A DNA stretch of 64,000 nucleotides from Mesotaenium endlicherianum (Eukaryota): positions 80,601 through 144,600 of the forward strand of contig WELA01001907.1 in assembly GCA_009602735.1 (NCBI GenBank), given 5' to 3'. Shown one piece after another: positions 13,002 through 24,520 of the stretch (position 1 is its first letter; each line of letters opens with the position of its first letter). The notes under the pieces are model-generated. The model did not search any database, was not told where the DNA came from, and worked only from the letters and a program-made list of their open reading frames with translations. A program made the position numbers and the translations under genes.

Positions 13002-13502
13002 TGTGGTGATTTGAGTTATTATATATTAGTTTGCATATATTTTAATGTTCTCAAATATATTTGGAGTAGTAGTGTGTGGAGTCAAGTGTGAAAAGGTACT
13101 CTAGTAACTTGGTTCATGTCCTTTGAACCTTCCAAGGCATTTTCGAAGTTAGAGGAAAGACCTAGAAGAACTCCATGTGGCAAAAGTCAAATGTGCCATT
13201 TTTAGGTCAAAAGGACATGTGTACATTATTCTAGAGAGGTGGCAAGTTTTGGGATGTGTTGGGTGCCAACACATCAACATACACCTTCCTAGAAATTACT
13301 TATGTAGCAAGTATATAAACAAGAGCTAGAACATAGAAAGACATTCCAGAATCACTCTTGTACTTGCCAAAATCCAGAAATATATTAACTTTCAAGAAGC
13401 CATCTCTCTTTCAAGAAGCTACCACTTGTGTTCAAAGATCCTTGTCTTGAATAGATAAAGTATTCTGTTTTACTAAGTACTTTATCTATCTGTTTCACTA
13501 CA
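13002..13502 (+). repeat. 5' LTR of element B (501 bp)
   Basis: TGTGGTGA...TCACTACA termini, TATA-like TATATAAA at about 13312, near-identical reverse-complement copy at 62890-63392. Confidence 0.95.
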
Positions 13503-13503
13503 G

Positions 13504-13515
13504 TGGTATCGGAGC
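13504..13515 (+). promoter_or_regulatory. Primer-binding site (tRNA-iMet type) TGGTATCGGAGC
   Basis: 1 nt after the LTR end CA; one base from the plant consensus TGGTATCAGAGC. Confidence 0.9.
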
Positions 13516-13539
13516 TAGGCACTTTGGTAGCACAAGAAG

Positions 13540-14820
13540 ATGGCCGATCCTCAAGACCAACAGCAAGCTTTCGAAGGAAGCCCTTCCTCTCCAAGACACC
13601 CTCCTCCAGCGCCGATGGGAGAGCCCACTCAAGAAAATCTGCAACAACAAGAAGCACCACAAGGAGGAGCACACCCTCCTCCAGCGTCGATGGGAGAGCC
13701 TACTCAAGGAAATCTGCAACAACAAGAAGCACCACAAGGAGGAGCACCGTCAAATCCCGTGGCAGCCGCTATAGCAAAGTTGACCCCACCACAAGGAGTT
13801 CCCGCAAATGAGTGGGCAGCCTTCCTAATGACCGTCCACAACCAAGTGGGCTTGGCCACCTATGAAGCAACCGTGCAAGCGTCAAGAGAAGCTATGGCTG
13901 CCATGGTTGCCCCTATTGCGAGCAATGCTCAAAATCCAGCCCCGGCTCAAGCGCCTCCACAAGAGCCAACGAGAGCAAGGAAACTCATCAAGCCCGGCAA
14001 ACCCGACACTTTCAACCCCGGGAAAGGTGCCAACCTGAATTTATGGCTCTACCAAGTGGAGACGTACCTCGCGTTCCTTGAAGTACCCGAGGAGGACTAC
14101 GTTCCCTTTGCCGTTACCTTACTTAGAGGAGCAGCAACATCATGGTGGCGTAACTATCAAGCGGCTATATATCAAGCTATGGCGCACCCCATGCTCGGCC
14201 AAGAGCCCCCACCATCATATGCAAGATGGGCAGATTTTCGTGAGGCCCTCAAGAAGCAATTCATGCCCATCAATGCGGAGAAGATTGCCCGAGGAAAGCT
14301 CCACCATCTCAAGCAAACGACGTCCGTTCAAGAGTATACATCCAGATTTCACGCCCTCACTCTTGAGATCCCCAACATGTCTCTCGAGGAGAAGATTGAC
14401 CGTTACATCTTTGGCCTCAAACCCAAGGTGGCAAAGGAAGTGGAGTTACGCGACTTGACGGACTTCTCAAAGATCATTGAAGTGGCCCAAAAGGTGGATA
14501 CCTTGGATTTCAAGCACTCCGTGCCTTCATCTTCACGGGTACCGACGACGCGGGTGTACGCAGCCCCTTCCACATCCGAATCTGGACCCACACCCATGGA
14601 AATCGGAGTTATTAAAAGGGACCCCGCGGCTGCCCGGAAGAGTGGAAGACCCTCCAATGACACTTATGATGCAAGAAACCAGCAAGGAGTGAAAGCAAGA
14701 CTCTCCCCGGCTGAAAAAGAAGCTCTCATGACGGCTGGACTATGCTTCTATTGCAAGGAAAAGGGCCATCGTGCACTTTCATGCCCCAAAAAGTTGTCAA
14801 AAAACGGACAGCGCCGGTAG
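13540..14820 (+). CDS. gag: Element B Gag (426 aa)
   Basis: KPDTF...WLYQVE...LRGAATSWW...[14 protein letters not shown] capsid domain, [22 protein letters not shown] zinc knuckle. Confidence 0.95.
   Translation: MADPQDQQQAFEGSPSSPRHPPPAPMGEPTQENLQQQEAPQGGAHPPPASMGEPTQGNLQQQEAPQGGAPSNPVAAAIAKLTPPQGVPANEWAAFLMTVHNQVGLATYEATVQASREAMAAMVAPIASNAQNPAPAQAPPQEPTRARKLIKPGKPDTFNPGKGANLNLWLYQVETYLAFLEVPEEDYVPFAVTLLRGAATSWWRNYQAAIYQAMAHPMLGQEPPPSYARWADFREALKKQFMPINAEKIARGKLHHLKQTTSVQEYTSRFHALTLEIPNMSLEEKIDRYIFGLKPKVAKEVELRDLTDFSKIIEVAQKVDTLDFKHSVPSSSRVPTTRVYAAPSTSESGPTPMEIGVIKRDPAAARKSGRPSNDTYDARNQQGVKARLSPAEKEALMTAGLCFYCKEKGHRALSCPKKLSKNGQRR
13597..13746 (+). repeat. Two tandem 75-bp in-frame repeats in the gag B N-terminus
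   Basis: [25 protein letters not shown] / [25 protein letters not shown]. Confidence 0.9.
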
Positions 14821-17800
14821 GCCAGGAGCCTACCACCCCAAGACCCACTTCACGAGAAGGCAACACGCCAAGTGAGGTGGAGACCCCCGTTGAAGACGAC
14901 GTTCCAGCCCCAATGAGTTTGAGAGGTTACCTTGGAGGAGAGAAGGTCCACATCTTGGTGGATAGCGGAGCTCAAGGCAACTTCATTGCTGCAGATTTTG
15001 CCACCAAGCACGGTATTACTATGCGAACTCTTGACCACGACGAGGAGATTATGATGCCCGATGGATTCTCCTATACTACCCCTTCCAAGAAGACGTACCC
15101 CTTGGCACTCTCTATCAAGTCCTTCAAGGATAGAGTAGTGTTCTCCCCCATGCAATTGGGCAAGTACGACGTCATCCTAGGGACGCCTTGGTTGACCAAG
15201 CACAACCCCCAAGTTGATTGGAGGACCGGTACTATCAAGATCAAGAATGACATCACTTCAAGAATCTGTATTTTGCGCGCAATCCAGAATATCCAGACCC
15301 AAGACATCCAGAAGCCGGCACACGAGATACTATTGTCCGCCCTCCAACTCAAGAGACTTGTGAGGAAGGGACACGAGCTTCTTTTGGCCTTGATCACGCC
15401 AAAAGACATCAAGAAAGACATCGAGAGTCAAGAAGGCAGCCCCGTTCCCAAGGAGATACAAGAAGTCTTTGAGGACTACAAAGAAGTGTTCTCCCCGGAA
15501 TTGCCCAAGGGCCTACCCCCCAAAAGATTCGTAGACCACAAGATAGAGTTGGAGCCCGGAAGCAAGCCCATCTCTCGGCCTACGTTCAAAATGTCATACA
15601 CGGAGCTAGACGAAGTCAAGAAGCAAATCAAGGAGCTACTGGAGCATGGCTTCATTCGACCTAGCAAGTCGCCATTTGGAGCCCCGGTGCTATTTGTCAA
15701 GAAGAAAGATGGTACCTTGAGGATGTGTGTGGACTATCGCGCCCTCAACAAGATCACCATCAAGAATCGATACCCGCTGCCGCGCATGGATGAGCTCATG
15801 GACCGGCTGGTTGGAGCCAAGTACTTCACGAAGATTGACTTACGGAGCGGCTACCACCAGATTCGCATCGCAGAACCGGACATAGAGAAGACGGCATTCA
15901 GGACAAGATATGGACATTTTGAGTTCATGGTCCTGCCATTTGGACTCACCAACGCGCCAGCAACTTTCATGACTATGATGAACACCATATTTCAGCCCAT
16001 GTTGGACAGATTTGTGGTGGTATTCATCGATGACATCCTTATCTACAGCAAGACCCTTGAAGAGCATGCGAGACACTTGAAAGAAGTCCTTGAAGTATTG
16101 AAGCAAAACAAGCTGTTTGCGAAGGAGTCAAAATGCGAGTTTGCCAAACAAGAAGTGGAGTTCCTAGGTCTCCACGTGACTGCTGATGGCATCAAGATAG
16201 ACCCCAAGAAGACCACGGTGGTGGAGGAATGGCCAACCCCCACGACCAAGAAAGAACTCCAGTCATTCTTGGGATTTGCCAATTGGTACAGAAAATTCAT
16301 CCAAGGCTTCTCGCACATAGCAGCCCCCCTGACAGATCTACTCAAGAAGGACAGGCTATATACATGGACCGAGAAAGAGGAAGAGGCATTTCAAGAGTTA
16401 AAGCGAAGATTGACCACATCCCCGGTGCTCACACTCCCAAGTCCAAACCCAGATTGGCCCTTCCACGTCATCACCGATGCATCTTCCTATGCAATAGGAG
16501 CAATCCTGCTTCAAGACCAAGGCAAGGGACTGCAGCCCATCGCCTACGAGTCAAGGAAGCTAAATCCAGCCGAGCAAAATTATACAACCACGGAGCGAGA
16601 GGCATTGGCGATTGTACATGCCTTGAAGGTTTGGCGCTGCTACGTTGAAGGACGCAAAGTACTGGTCACCACGGACCACGAGGCGTTAAAGCACCTCCAA
16701 ACGCAGCCGTATCTCTCAAGGAGACAAGCAAGATGGAGCGGATACTTGCAACAATACAACATCACGATTCAGTACCAGCCCGGCAAGACAAACCCGGCTG
16801 ACCCCCTCTCAAGACTGCAATTAAATGCAGTGATGGTATCCCTGAAGACAGATCTGGAAGCTCGATTTTCAGCCGCCTATGAAAGAGACCCTTACTACAA
16901 GAACGGAGAAGCAGCCTTGGACCCATGCAAGAAGCAAGAAGGCAATTATTGGGTGAGGCAAGATACGGGCCAGAGATGTGTTCCTAATGACTTAGACCTC
17001 CGGCTCTTGCTTCTACGAGAAGCACACGACAACCCTCTTGGAGGACACTTTGGAATCCTAAGGACCACGGGCGTTCTAGCTAGGACTTATTGTTGGCCAG
17101 GCATGTCTAAGCAAGTCAAGGAGTACTGCAGGAGCTGTGACACATGCCAAAGAATCAAGCCATCATCGCAAAAGGCGGGAGGACTCCTCCAACCACTACC
17201 AATCCCCGAAAGACAATGGACGGACATCTCAATGGACCTTATCGTGGACTTGCCCGTGACACCTCGAGGCCATAATGCAATACTCACGGTGGTGGACAGA
17301 CTTACCAAGATGGCTCATTTTATTCCCACGACGACTAAGGCTACAGCACCACAACTTGCAAGACTCATCTTTGACAACATCTTCCGACTCCATGGACTAC
17401 CATCAAGAATTGTGTCAGATAGAGATCCAAGATTCACAAGCCATTTCTGGAAAAATCTCTTCAAGAACTTGGGTACATCGCTGGATATGTCTACTGCCTA
17501 CCACCCACAATCAGATGGGCAAACCGAGCGTATGAATCGTACCCTAAAGACCTCTCTAAAGGCCTACGTGTCTACCCTCGAGCAAGACTGGGACATGTAC
17601 TTGACCCCCCTCGAGTTTGCCTACAACAACACTACGCAGGCCTCTACCCAAGAGTCCCCATTCTTCCTCAACTATGGCTTCCATCCGACCACGCCACTGA
17701 GCTTCACGGCTGGCCATGATGAAGTACCTGCAGCCACAGATTTTATGGAGACATTAGAAGCAGCCCTTACAGCAGCGAAGAAAGCTCTACAACACGCGCA

Positions 17801-18407
17801 AGATGCTCAAGCAAGAGTGGCGAACAGATCCAGAAGAGAAATTACGTACAGAGTGGGTGACAACGTGTTACTATCATCCAAGAACATTTCCCTGAACAAC
17901 AGGCCTGCCGGCAGCAAGTTCTCTCCCAAGTATTTGGGACCCTTCAAGATTATCCAGCAAGTCAACCCCGTTGCTTTCAAGCTAGAACTTCCCCAGACTA
18001 TGCACATCGACCCCGTATTCCACGCTTCCCTCTTCAAGCCATATGTGCAACCCGACAACAAGTTCCCAGGACGTGTGACAACCCCACCAGCCCCAACAAT
18101 AGTGGATGATCATTTGGAGTACGAAGTGGAAGACATAGTGGCTATGAGAAATTTCAGGAGACAGCAGCAATACTTGATCAAGTGGAAAGGATATCCAGAT
18201 TCGGAGAATAGTTGGGTGGCGGCGCACTACCTTGACAAAGTTCAGAGAAAGTTGAAGCGCTTCCATGCCGCCAACCCCCATCTTGGACCAGCCCCAAGTC
18301 CCTCTACTACAAGCCCAAAGACTTCAGGGAAGCAGCCTGCCACCATCAAGAAGCAGCAGAAGACCCCTTGGAGGCAGCCTGCAAGAACAAGAAAGAGGAA
18401 AAATTGA
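14742..18407 (+). CDS. pol: Element B Pol: PR-RT-RH-IN-chromodomain
   Basis: VDSGA, FIDD, TDAS/EREAL/TDH, HHCC, ISMD...SDRD...QTER, GPF, chromodomain YEVEDIV...[15 protein letters not shown]. 1221 aa with no stop. Confidence 0.97.
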   Translation: MLLLQGKGPSCTFMPQKVVKKRTAPVGQEPTTPRPTSREGNTPSEVETPVEDDVPAPMSLRGYLGGEKVHILVDSGAQGNFIAADFATKHGITMRTLDHDEEIMMPDGFSYTTPSKKTYPLALSIKSFKDRVVFSPMQLGKYDVILGTPWLTKHNPQVDWRTGTIKIKNDITSRICILRAIQNIQTQDIQKPAHEILLSALQLKRLVRKGHELLLALITPKDIKKDIESQEGSPVPKEIQEVFEDYKEVFSPELPKGLPPKRFVDHKIELEPGSKPISRPTFKMSYTELDEVKKQIKELLEHGFIRPSKSPFGAPVLFVKKKDGTLRMCVDYRALNKITIKNRYPLPRMDELMDRLVGAKYFTKIDLRSGYHQIRIAEPDIEKTAFRTRYGHFEFMVLPFGLTNAPATFMTMMNTIFQPMLDRFVVVFIDDILIYSKTLEEHARHLKEVLEVLKQNKLFAKESKCEFAKQEVEFLGLHVTADGIKIDPKKTTVVEEWPTPTTKKELQSFLGFANWYRKFIQGFSHIAAPLTDLLKKDRLYTWTEKEEEAFQELKRRLTTSPVLTLPSPNPDWPFHVITDASSYAIGAILLQDQGKGLQPIAYESRKLNPAEQNYTTTEREALAIVHALKVWRCYVEGRKVLVTTDHEALKHLQTQPYLSRRQARWSGYLQQYNITIQYQPGKTNPADPLSRLQLNAVMVSLKTDLEARFSAAYERDPYYKNGEAALDPCKKQEGNYWVRQDTGQRCVPNDLDLRLLLLREAHDNPLGGHFGILRTTGVLARTYCWPGMSKQVKEYCRSCDTCQRIKPSSQKAGGLLQPLPIPERQWTDISMDLIVDLPVTPRGHNAILTVVDRLTKMAHFIPTTTKATAPQLARLIFDNIFRLHGLPSRIVSDRDPRFTSHFWKNLFKNLGTSLDMSTAYHPQSDGQTERMNRTLKTSLKAYVSTLEQDWDMYLTPLEFAYNNTTQASTQESPFFLNYGFHPTTPLSFTAGHDEVPAATDFMETLEAALTAAKKALQHAQDAQARVANRSRREITYRVGDNVLLSSKNISLNNRPAGSKFSPKYLGPFKIIQQVNPVAFKLELPQTMHIDPVFHASLFKPYVQPDNKFPGRVTTPPAPTIVDDHLEYEVEDIVAMRNFRRQQQYLIKWKGYPDSENSWVAAHYLDKVQRKLKRFHAANPHLGPAPSPSTTSPKTSGKQPATIKKQQKTPWRQPARTRKRKN
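14799..14805 (+). promoter_or_regulatory. Putative -1 ribosomal frameshift site A_AAA_AAC (gag-pol B)
   Basis: X_XXY_YYZ heptamer in the gag frame 15 nt before the end of gag; the pol ORF is in the -1 frame. Confidence 0.75.
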
Positions 18408-19074
18408 CATTAGACACTCTTCTCTTCTTGCAGTTTCTGGACAGAAAACTAAAACTGCTACTGGTGATAGGTTTCTGCATCATAAATTCTGAAAATTTAC
18501 TTGGCTGTAGTCCATAAGTAGCCGGTCATTTAGAGTCCAAGTTTGCTCAATTCGAAGCACTGGTGAGAGAGATATAATGCTCTAAGTAGAAGGGGGTCAG
18601 GCTGCTGGCATTGTTAGGGCAGAATATGCCCTCTGACATTGTGCCCTCCCCTGAACTTGGAATGCTCTGAATTTCAAGCCACTGGTAGAACATCTTACAG
18701 CGCCCAGTTTGAGACTTGATTTGCAGAATTTGGAGAAGTATAGAAGGACTTATGATTTTTAGAAGTTTCTGCACAGATTTGGAGGAGTGCCTACTCTCTC
18801 AGCTCTCAACGACACTCCAGAAATTAGAATGCTCTCAACTTTGATGACCCGGTAGAGTTCTCTGACGCAGTCCGTTTGGCACTCGAATTTTCTGATTTGG
18901 AGCAGTTCTGTGGCCGCTATGAATTTTTGAATATGTGGCAGATTCTGGGCCAACTTGTACACTTTTCTTTATCATTAAGGAGTAGGCTAGCCAATAAGGT
19001 CACACCACCTATGACCTTGCCTAGTCTACCTTACATGTGTAGCACCTGACTTGGCGCCTTTGACTAGTCCTCTT

Positions 19075-19961
19075 NNNNNNNNNNNNNNNNNNNNNNNNNN
19101 NNNNNNNNNNNNNNNNNNNNNNNNNNNNNNNNNNNNNNNNNNNNNNNNNNNNNNNNNNNNNNNNNNNNNNNNNNNNNNNNNNNNNNNNNNNNNNNNNNNN
19201 NNNNNNNNNNNNNNNNNNNNNNNNNNNNNNNNNNNNNNNNNNNNNNNNNNNNNNNNNNNNNNNNNNNNNNNNNNNNNNNNNNNNNNNNNNNNNNNNNNNN
19301 NNNNNNNNNNNNNNNNNNNNNNNNNNNNNNNNNNNNNNNNNNNNNNNNNNNNNNNNNNNNNNNNNNNNNNNNNNNNNNNNNNNNNNNNNNNNNNNNNNNN
19401 NNNNNNNNNNNNNNNNNNNNNNNNNNNNNNNNNNNNNNNNNNNNNNNNNNNNNNNNNNNNNNNNNNNNNNNNNNNNNNNNNNNNNNNNNNNNNNNNNNNN
19501 NNNNNNNNNNNNNNNNNNNNNNNNNNNNNNNNNNNNNNNNNNNNNNNNNNNNNNNNNNNNNNNNNNNNNNNNNNNNNNNNNNNNNNNNNNNNNNNNNNNN
19601 NNNNNNNNNNNNNNNNNNNNNNNNNNNNNNNNNNNNNNNNNNNNNNNNNNNNNNNNNNNNNNNNNNNNNNNNNNNNNNNNNNNNNNNNNNNNNNNNNNNN
19701 NNNNNNNNNNNNNNNNNNNNNNNNNNNNNNNNNNNNNNNNNNNNNNNNNNNNNNNNNNNNNNNNNNNNNNNNNNNNNNNNNNNNNNNNNNNNNNNNNNNN
19801 NNNNNNNNNNNNNNNNNNNNNNNNNNNNNNNNNNNNNNNNNNNNNNNNNNNNNNNNNNNNNNNNNNNNNNNNNNNNNNNNNNNNNNNNNNNNNNNNNNNN
19901 NNNNNNNNNNNNNNNNNNNNNNNNNNNNNNNNNNNNNNNNNNNNNNNNNNNNNNNNNNNNN
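19075..19961. other. Assembly gap (887 N)
   Basis: Run of n. Confidence 1.
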
Positions 19962-20052
19962 GTGCAGCGACGCACCGACACGTCAACCAGGTCAAAGGCA
20001 CACGTGCTGAGAAGCCACGCACGGGCCAGGGGACCGACACTGTTAGGCACGA
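19962..20052 (+). repeat. Repeat B1 (visible part) of element A
   Basis: Matches 21482-21572 with about 3 mismatches in 91 bp; separated from A2 by GAGC. Confidence 0.9.
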
Positions 20053-20056
20053 GAGC

Positions 20057-21281
20057 TGTCGCGACTGCTACCCACTTGACGGTGCCGCACGCGCAGCGCA
20101 AGTCACGGCCGTCCAGGTACGGTAAGTCAGCGTTGACTAACCGACCAAGGGACCGAGAGATCTCCGTCAGCGGTCATGTCAAAGTCGTTTTGAGTGTCAA
20201 AGTGGTCACGACACGTCAAACCCACACCAAAGGATGAATGGGATTTAGACGGAGTAGTTAGCCGAAAGGCTAGGGGTGTGAAACCAGCAAGTGCCCGGAA
20301 AGGTCTGATCAATTGGCTATCTAAGCCAATTACAGCAGGGATGTTGCAGAGGCGTTGTGGGCCACCTCGGCCAAGACCCTCATGTGGCCAGTCACGGCTT
20401 GAGCGTGCGTCCTAAACGTTGCCAGCTAGCCACATAGGCATGATTGTCAGCTGAAGGGCTAAGCAGCCACGCGCGACAATCCCAAGGCATGCATGCATGC
20501 GGAATGACAACTCCTAAGCTGTGTGAGAGCTGCTAGGTAAGGACGGCATGCAAGCTAAGCACTGTGACTAAGCACTAGCATTCTCGAGAGAGGATAATGT
20601 GTGGTGCCTGTGAAGGCACGAGTCCTGCCTGAAGCTGCCTCATTCTTGCTCGCATCGTTGTCGAAGGAAGTTGAAGAAGCGGAGGGAGCACGAAGAAGAA
20701 GGAGTTCCCAAGGCCATAGAAGAACCGAGACGCCACGCTTCTGCCGACGCTGGAAGATTTCTTCCCAAGTGTATCATAGAAAGGTTAGACCTCAGGAGTT
20801 TCCCAGAGAGGATCTCGCTGGTAGAAAGTAGAGAGCTGCAGAAAAGAATCTGTTAGGAGATAAGCACAGATTTGGGTCAAACGCCACAAGCGTGCGAGAG
20901 ACACTTAAAATGGTGAGTGTTGTGTTGGTTTCCAAGTTCTCAGAAGTCCCAATTGTCGAACTGCTGATAGCAAGAGTAGCCTTAACAAGTAAAGCTCTCA
21001 GTGAAGAACTGAGTGAGCCCAGCCGAGCAGTGAAGAGCTGTTAAGGCGCGGTGCTGAGTGAAGAGCTCAGGCCAGGCCAGCATAGATGTGCAGTTTCAGA
21101 GTTTTGTAAGCTGTGACTTGTGGAAGTTAAGCGAAAGCCTTGAAGGGCGATTTTCTTTGAATCTGGCATTGCCTGTTAAGTTGCATAGACGTGATTTTTG
21201 CAAACCACAAAATTTGTTCATTTTGTAAACCCTCAACTTGGGCGGAAGCCTGTGTGGAAGTAAGACGCTTCTGTCGTACTT
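20057..21281 (+). repeat. Repeat A2 of element A
   Basis: Direct copy of 2829-4053. Confidence 0.95.
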
Positions 21282-21574
21282 GTAAGGGAAGCTGAGGATG
21301 AGATAGGTTTTTGAAAATTTCTGCTAAGTGTTGAATGAGGAACTGGTTGAACATGGGAAGCATTGAGTGTGGGATGCCTCACCGCATGATGCAAGTGCAG
21401 GACGACCAAGAATGGGTCAAACCCCAACCAGTCTGTCACCGACACACGTGTAAGGGACGATCAACTCGGTCGATTCCCCACGTGCAGCGACGTACCGACA
21501 CGTCAACCAGGTCGAAGGCACACGTGCTGAGAAGCCACGCACGTGCCAGGGGACCGACACTGTTAGGCACGACA
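21282..21574 (+). repeat. Terminal segment B2 of element A
   Basis: Absent after A1; its last part is repeated at 19962-20052; ends GCACGACA. Confidence 0.8.
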
Positions 21575-22899
21575 TCAATTGCAAATTGCTAAGCTCCAAG
21601 AAGATAAGGTCAAATAGATTCTTGGAAATTAGTGGACAACTAAAGATGAGAAGGTTCTGCCATACTAGAAGGTGAGGCTGTTGCCTTTTTCTGAGTTTCA
21701 AAATCACATTGTCATTAATAAACAAAGTGCCTGCAAGCTACCAACTCCCAAACATGTAAGATGTGCACGTGAGGAAGCTCCAAATTTGGAGTGTGATGCT
21801 CAAGTGGTCACAGGAAGCCAAAGTAGCCCTCATCTGAAGCATTCAAATATCTAGACAACTTTTGTAAGTCCCGGAAGGGTAAGGCTTGCCACAAACGCCT
21901 TCCTTTGAATTTTGAGAAAGTTTCCTTACCTTGCAGCGTTGTTAATGTGATATTCTATAACTCCAATTGCTTTGACCCTGCAAGGCAAAATTGAGCAAAC
22001 GTTTGCCTGGCTAAAGAATGACTTTCAAAAACTTACATGCTTGTCAGCAGATTACAAGTAATTGGAAGAAAGCGGTTTATTCAATAATTCATCGTTTGAA
22101 AGTTTTAAGCATTACATTTGTGAAAAGTCAAAATACAAGCTTACGTAATTTGTAATTACAATTAGGGTCAGATGTTCTTGTGAAAAGTTGAAGCTGTACA
22201 TAAAGGAGTTAAGAATATTAACTTTAGGGAGGCAAAAAAAATTAGGATTTTTTTTTTTAAAAAAAACACGATAAAAATCCTATAACAAATATAAGTTTTT
22301 GGAACTCGAGGTGTTAACGGACCGTAAAGTGCTTATAATTAAGATTTTGTAGAAAATACCATATCCCATGGAATGTCCATTTTATACTTGAAATTTCAGC
22401 CTGGCAATTTGCACGCTCTACAACCGGCGACAATGCCCGCATGCTGTGTCCGCACGCCGCAACGTGGCAGCAGCTCAGCAACTGCCAGCACTCCATGCGA
22501 ATGCACGTTTGTTGCAGGAGCTGGCAGGCCGGAGTCAACACACAAGCGCAACGGGCTAAACCAGGCGCGTCAATTGAGGAGACGCCACAGTTGCCCTGCT
22601 CCTCCGCGTATTGGGAACGTCGCCTGCGCCGTCCGCGTTGCTCGCTTTGCTGATGACGATGGTGCAGATGAGTGCCGTGGTCATCTCAATGGCGCTGCAG
22701 CGCATGCCGGCGGTCTCCTTCGCCGACTTAAGTGTCACGCTAGAGACGATGAGGCGTGCCGCCCAGGTGCTACTCCTACCACGCAACGCATTGCAACGCA
22801 ATACTGCGAGCGGGCCAACATTCGACGCTGCTACTGCAATCCTCTCTACGCCTGTGCACCCTCGGCACGAGCGCAAGAAGATCAGGAGTTCTAACGTCG

Positions 22900-23275
22900 T
22901 TCATTTTCTACAACAAGCAGGGTACAGTCCTTGTCAACACGCAGGCTCTGTAGCACATCATATTCCACGCTGGCGCTTTGTCGGTCCTCGTCAGCTTCAG
23001 TACCTTTGACAGCTATGCCTTTCTTTTGTCGACCAAGAGGAGTCTTCTTGGCGGATCAACACCGCAGCTGGTACTTTGAAGTCCATCACTGGGCACACGC
23101 AACTACCTCTACGCTTTGCTTTCCGTCCTAGCACAGGATAAGACGATCATTCACAAGCTCCACTCGTCACCCGTTCCAACACCTTCAACGTTTTGCTGGG
23201 GCAAGACGTCCCCTTTTCTATTGACGCTGCCATTGACAACTGAACGGAACAATTTTTCTACCGTCCAGAGTAGCC
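22900..23275 (+). pseudogene. Highly decayed Gypsy aspartic protease remnant (element-A-like lineage)
   Basis: Manual translation: HIIFHAGALSVLVS (decayed D-x-G) ... RINTAAG...SITG...FAFRPSTG...LVT...NVLLGQDV...IDN*TEQFFYRP, collinear with the element A protease. Confidence 0.5.
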
Positions 23276-24030
23276 CATAAGAGGCAGTTGCACTGCCTCT
23301 CTTCCTTCGAATATTGTGGACCCGCGGCCAGCAGTAGCCGCTCTCTACGACTTCGTGGCAATTTCCTCTGGTAATTTTGATCGTCAAGGGGCAGCTACGA
23401 GACGATGACATCTTTATTTGAGCAAGCTTGCTGCAACCTCAAGAGCCGCGCCTAACTAGTGCAAAGTTACACCTCTCCATTGACGAGCCGATGGCCCTTC
23501 TACGAGAGCAGCTTCACGAGTCTGTGCGCCTCCGAGATGCAAAGGCTGCTGAGGCACGTTGGCCTGATGTTGCTCGCTTCGCGCCTACACCGGCGAGGTA
23601 AGGAAATTTTACCGATCTCTCTCGCATCGAGTTTCGGCATAGTGTGCTCGAGGGACTACGATGGAGCTCAGCATGCATATGACCGCTCACACGCCAATGC
23701 TACACAACTTTGCTGACAGTATACCCCGCATGACCACCTCCAAGAGAGAGGCCATCATGCAGGCAAATTGCTACCTACGCGGCTTCGACTTTGAGCCAGA
23801 GCCAACTCGGCTCGTTCTCAACGACGACAATATACCTCGCCTGCCCACGACTCAGAGGCGCAGATCCACTAGACTGCCAGGATTGAGTACACTCTCTTAG
23901 AACAAGGCAGGGCCTAGCCATCGATAAAGGGACGAGACAAGGCTCGATCATCAATAAAGGGATATCACTCTGCCCTTGCTAGCCCATGCTACTCACACAT
24001 TGTACCAATCCCCGCCCGCACGACAACATG

Positions 24031-24130
24031 TGAAGTGCATCGACTTACCAATAGGCAATTAATAATAAATAAAGATCTTTATATTAGCGAGTAATCTTCA
24101 TGGTACTTTCTATTAGCTGGTTAAACAGCA
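24031..24130 (-). repeat. Diverged 3'-terminal ~100 bp of a D-family LTR
   Basis: Reverse complement aligns to about 36440-36538 (AATATAAAGATCTTTATT...GGTAAGTCGAT.CA.TTCA). Confidence 0.85.
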
Positions 24131-24520
24131 TGAGAGGGGGATGCTGGCTGCCCTCTGGCTGTCTTCTTGGCAGCCCTTCCATCTGCTCCGTCTGACTGAG
24201 TCTCACCTCCTAGGTGGGACTCCTCCTGCTAAAACTCCCCAGCCACTGGACATCTGGGTCTCTTGGTGGGCTGGTATCCCTAAGCTGCTGCAAGGCTGCC
24301 TGTGCCAAGGACCTTCCAGTCTGCTGCAGAGTGGGGGATGTAGCGAGGGTTTGTGCCTCAGCGAGGCTAGACTCCTCTCCGGTGCCTTCCTCCTCTTTGT
24401 AAATTTCTCTGTCCTCTTATTCCTCTAAGACTTCAGGAGTCTCTCTGGTCATCTCCTCCAGCCGTTCCCAAGAAAAAGAGTATCCCATTGACCTCCCCCT
24501 TTTGGGTGCAGGTGGGGGTT
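24131..24520 (-). pseudogene. Remnant of the D-family extra ORF
   Basis: Minus translation KPPPAPKRGRSMGYS...ETPEVLEE*ED...EEEGTGEES aligns with KQPPARPKKGRSVDYS...ETPTLSEEEDE...EQGRGEAS of ORF 42397-44073. Confidence 0.7.

Larger units (their letters stand above)
13002..19074 (+). mobile_element. Element B: apparently intact Ty3/Gypsy chromovirus nested in element A; 3' LTR presumably hidden in the N gap
   Basis: 5' LTR 13002-13502, PBS, uninterrupted gag and pol. The 3' UTR matches the minus-strand copy at 63495-64000. Confidence 0.95.
2829..21574 (+). mobile_element. Element A: degenerate Ty3/Gypsy retrotransposon carrying a C5-DNA methyltransferase, with split-direct-repeat-like termini
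   Basis: Termini TGTCGCG...CACGACA (6/7 inverted); flanks (A)TCAG / TCAA form a near-TSD. Internal order is gag(2x CCHC)-PR-DNMT-linker-RT-RH-IN-PHD with many stops and frameshifts. Interrupted by element B and an N gap. Confidence 0.8.

Noticed and set aside
14850..18281. Numerous antisense and overlapping short ORFs over gag/pol genes
   Set aside because: Shadow ORFs of the retroelement coding strands, with no motifs of their own.
19021..20101. Long ORFs of X residues
   Set aside because: Artefacts of translating the N gap.
2829..21574. Element A as a DIRS/PAT/Ngaro tyrosine-recombinase element
   Set aside because: Despite the repeat layout it encodes a protease and an HHCC/DDE integrase, and no tyrosine-recombinase motif was seen. 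A YR would not fit in the gap at its stated size.
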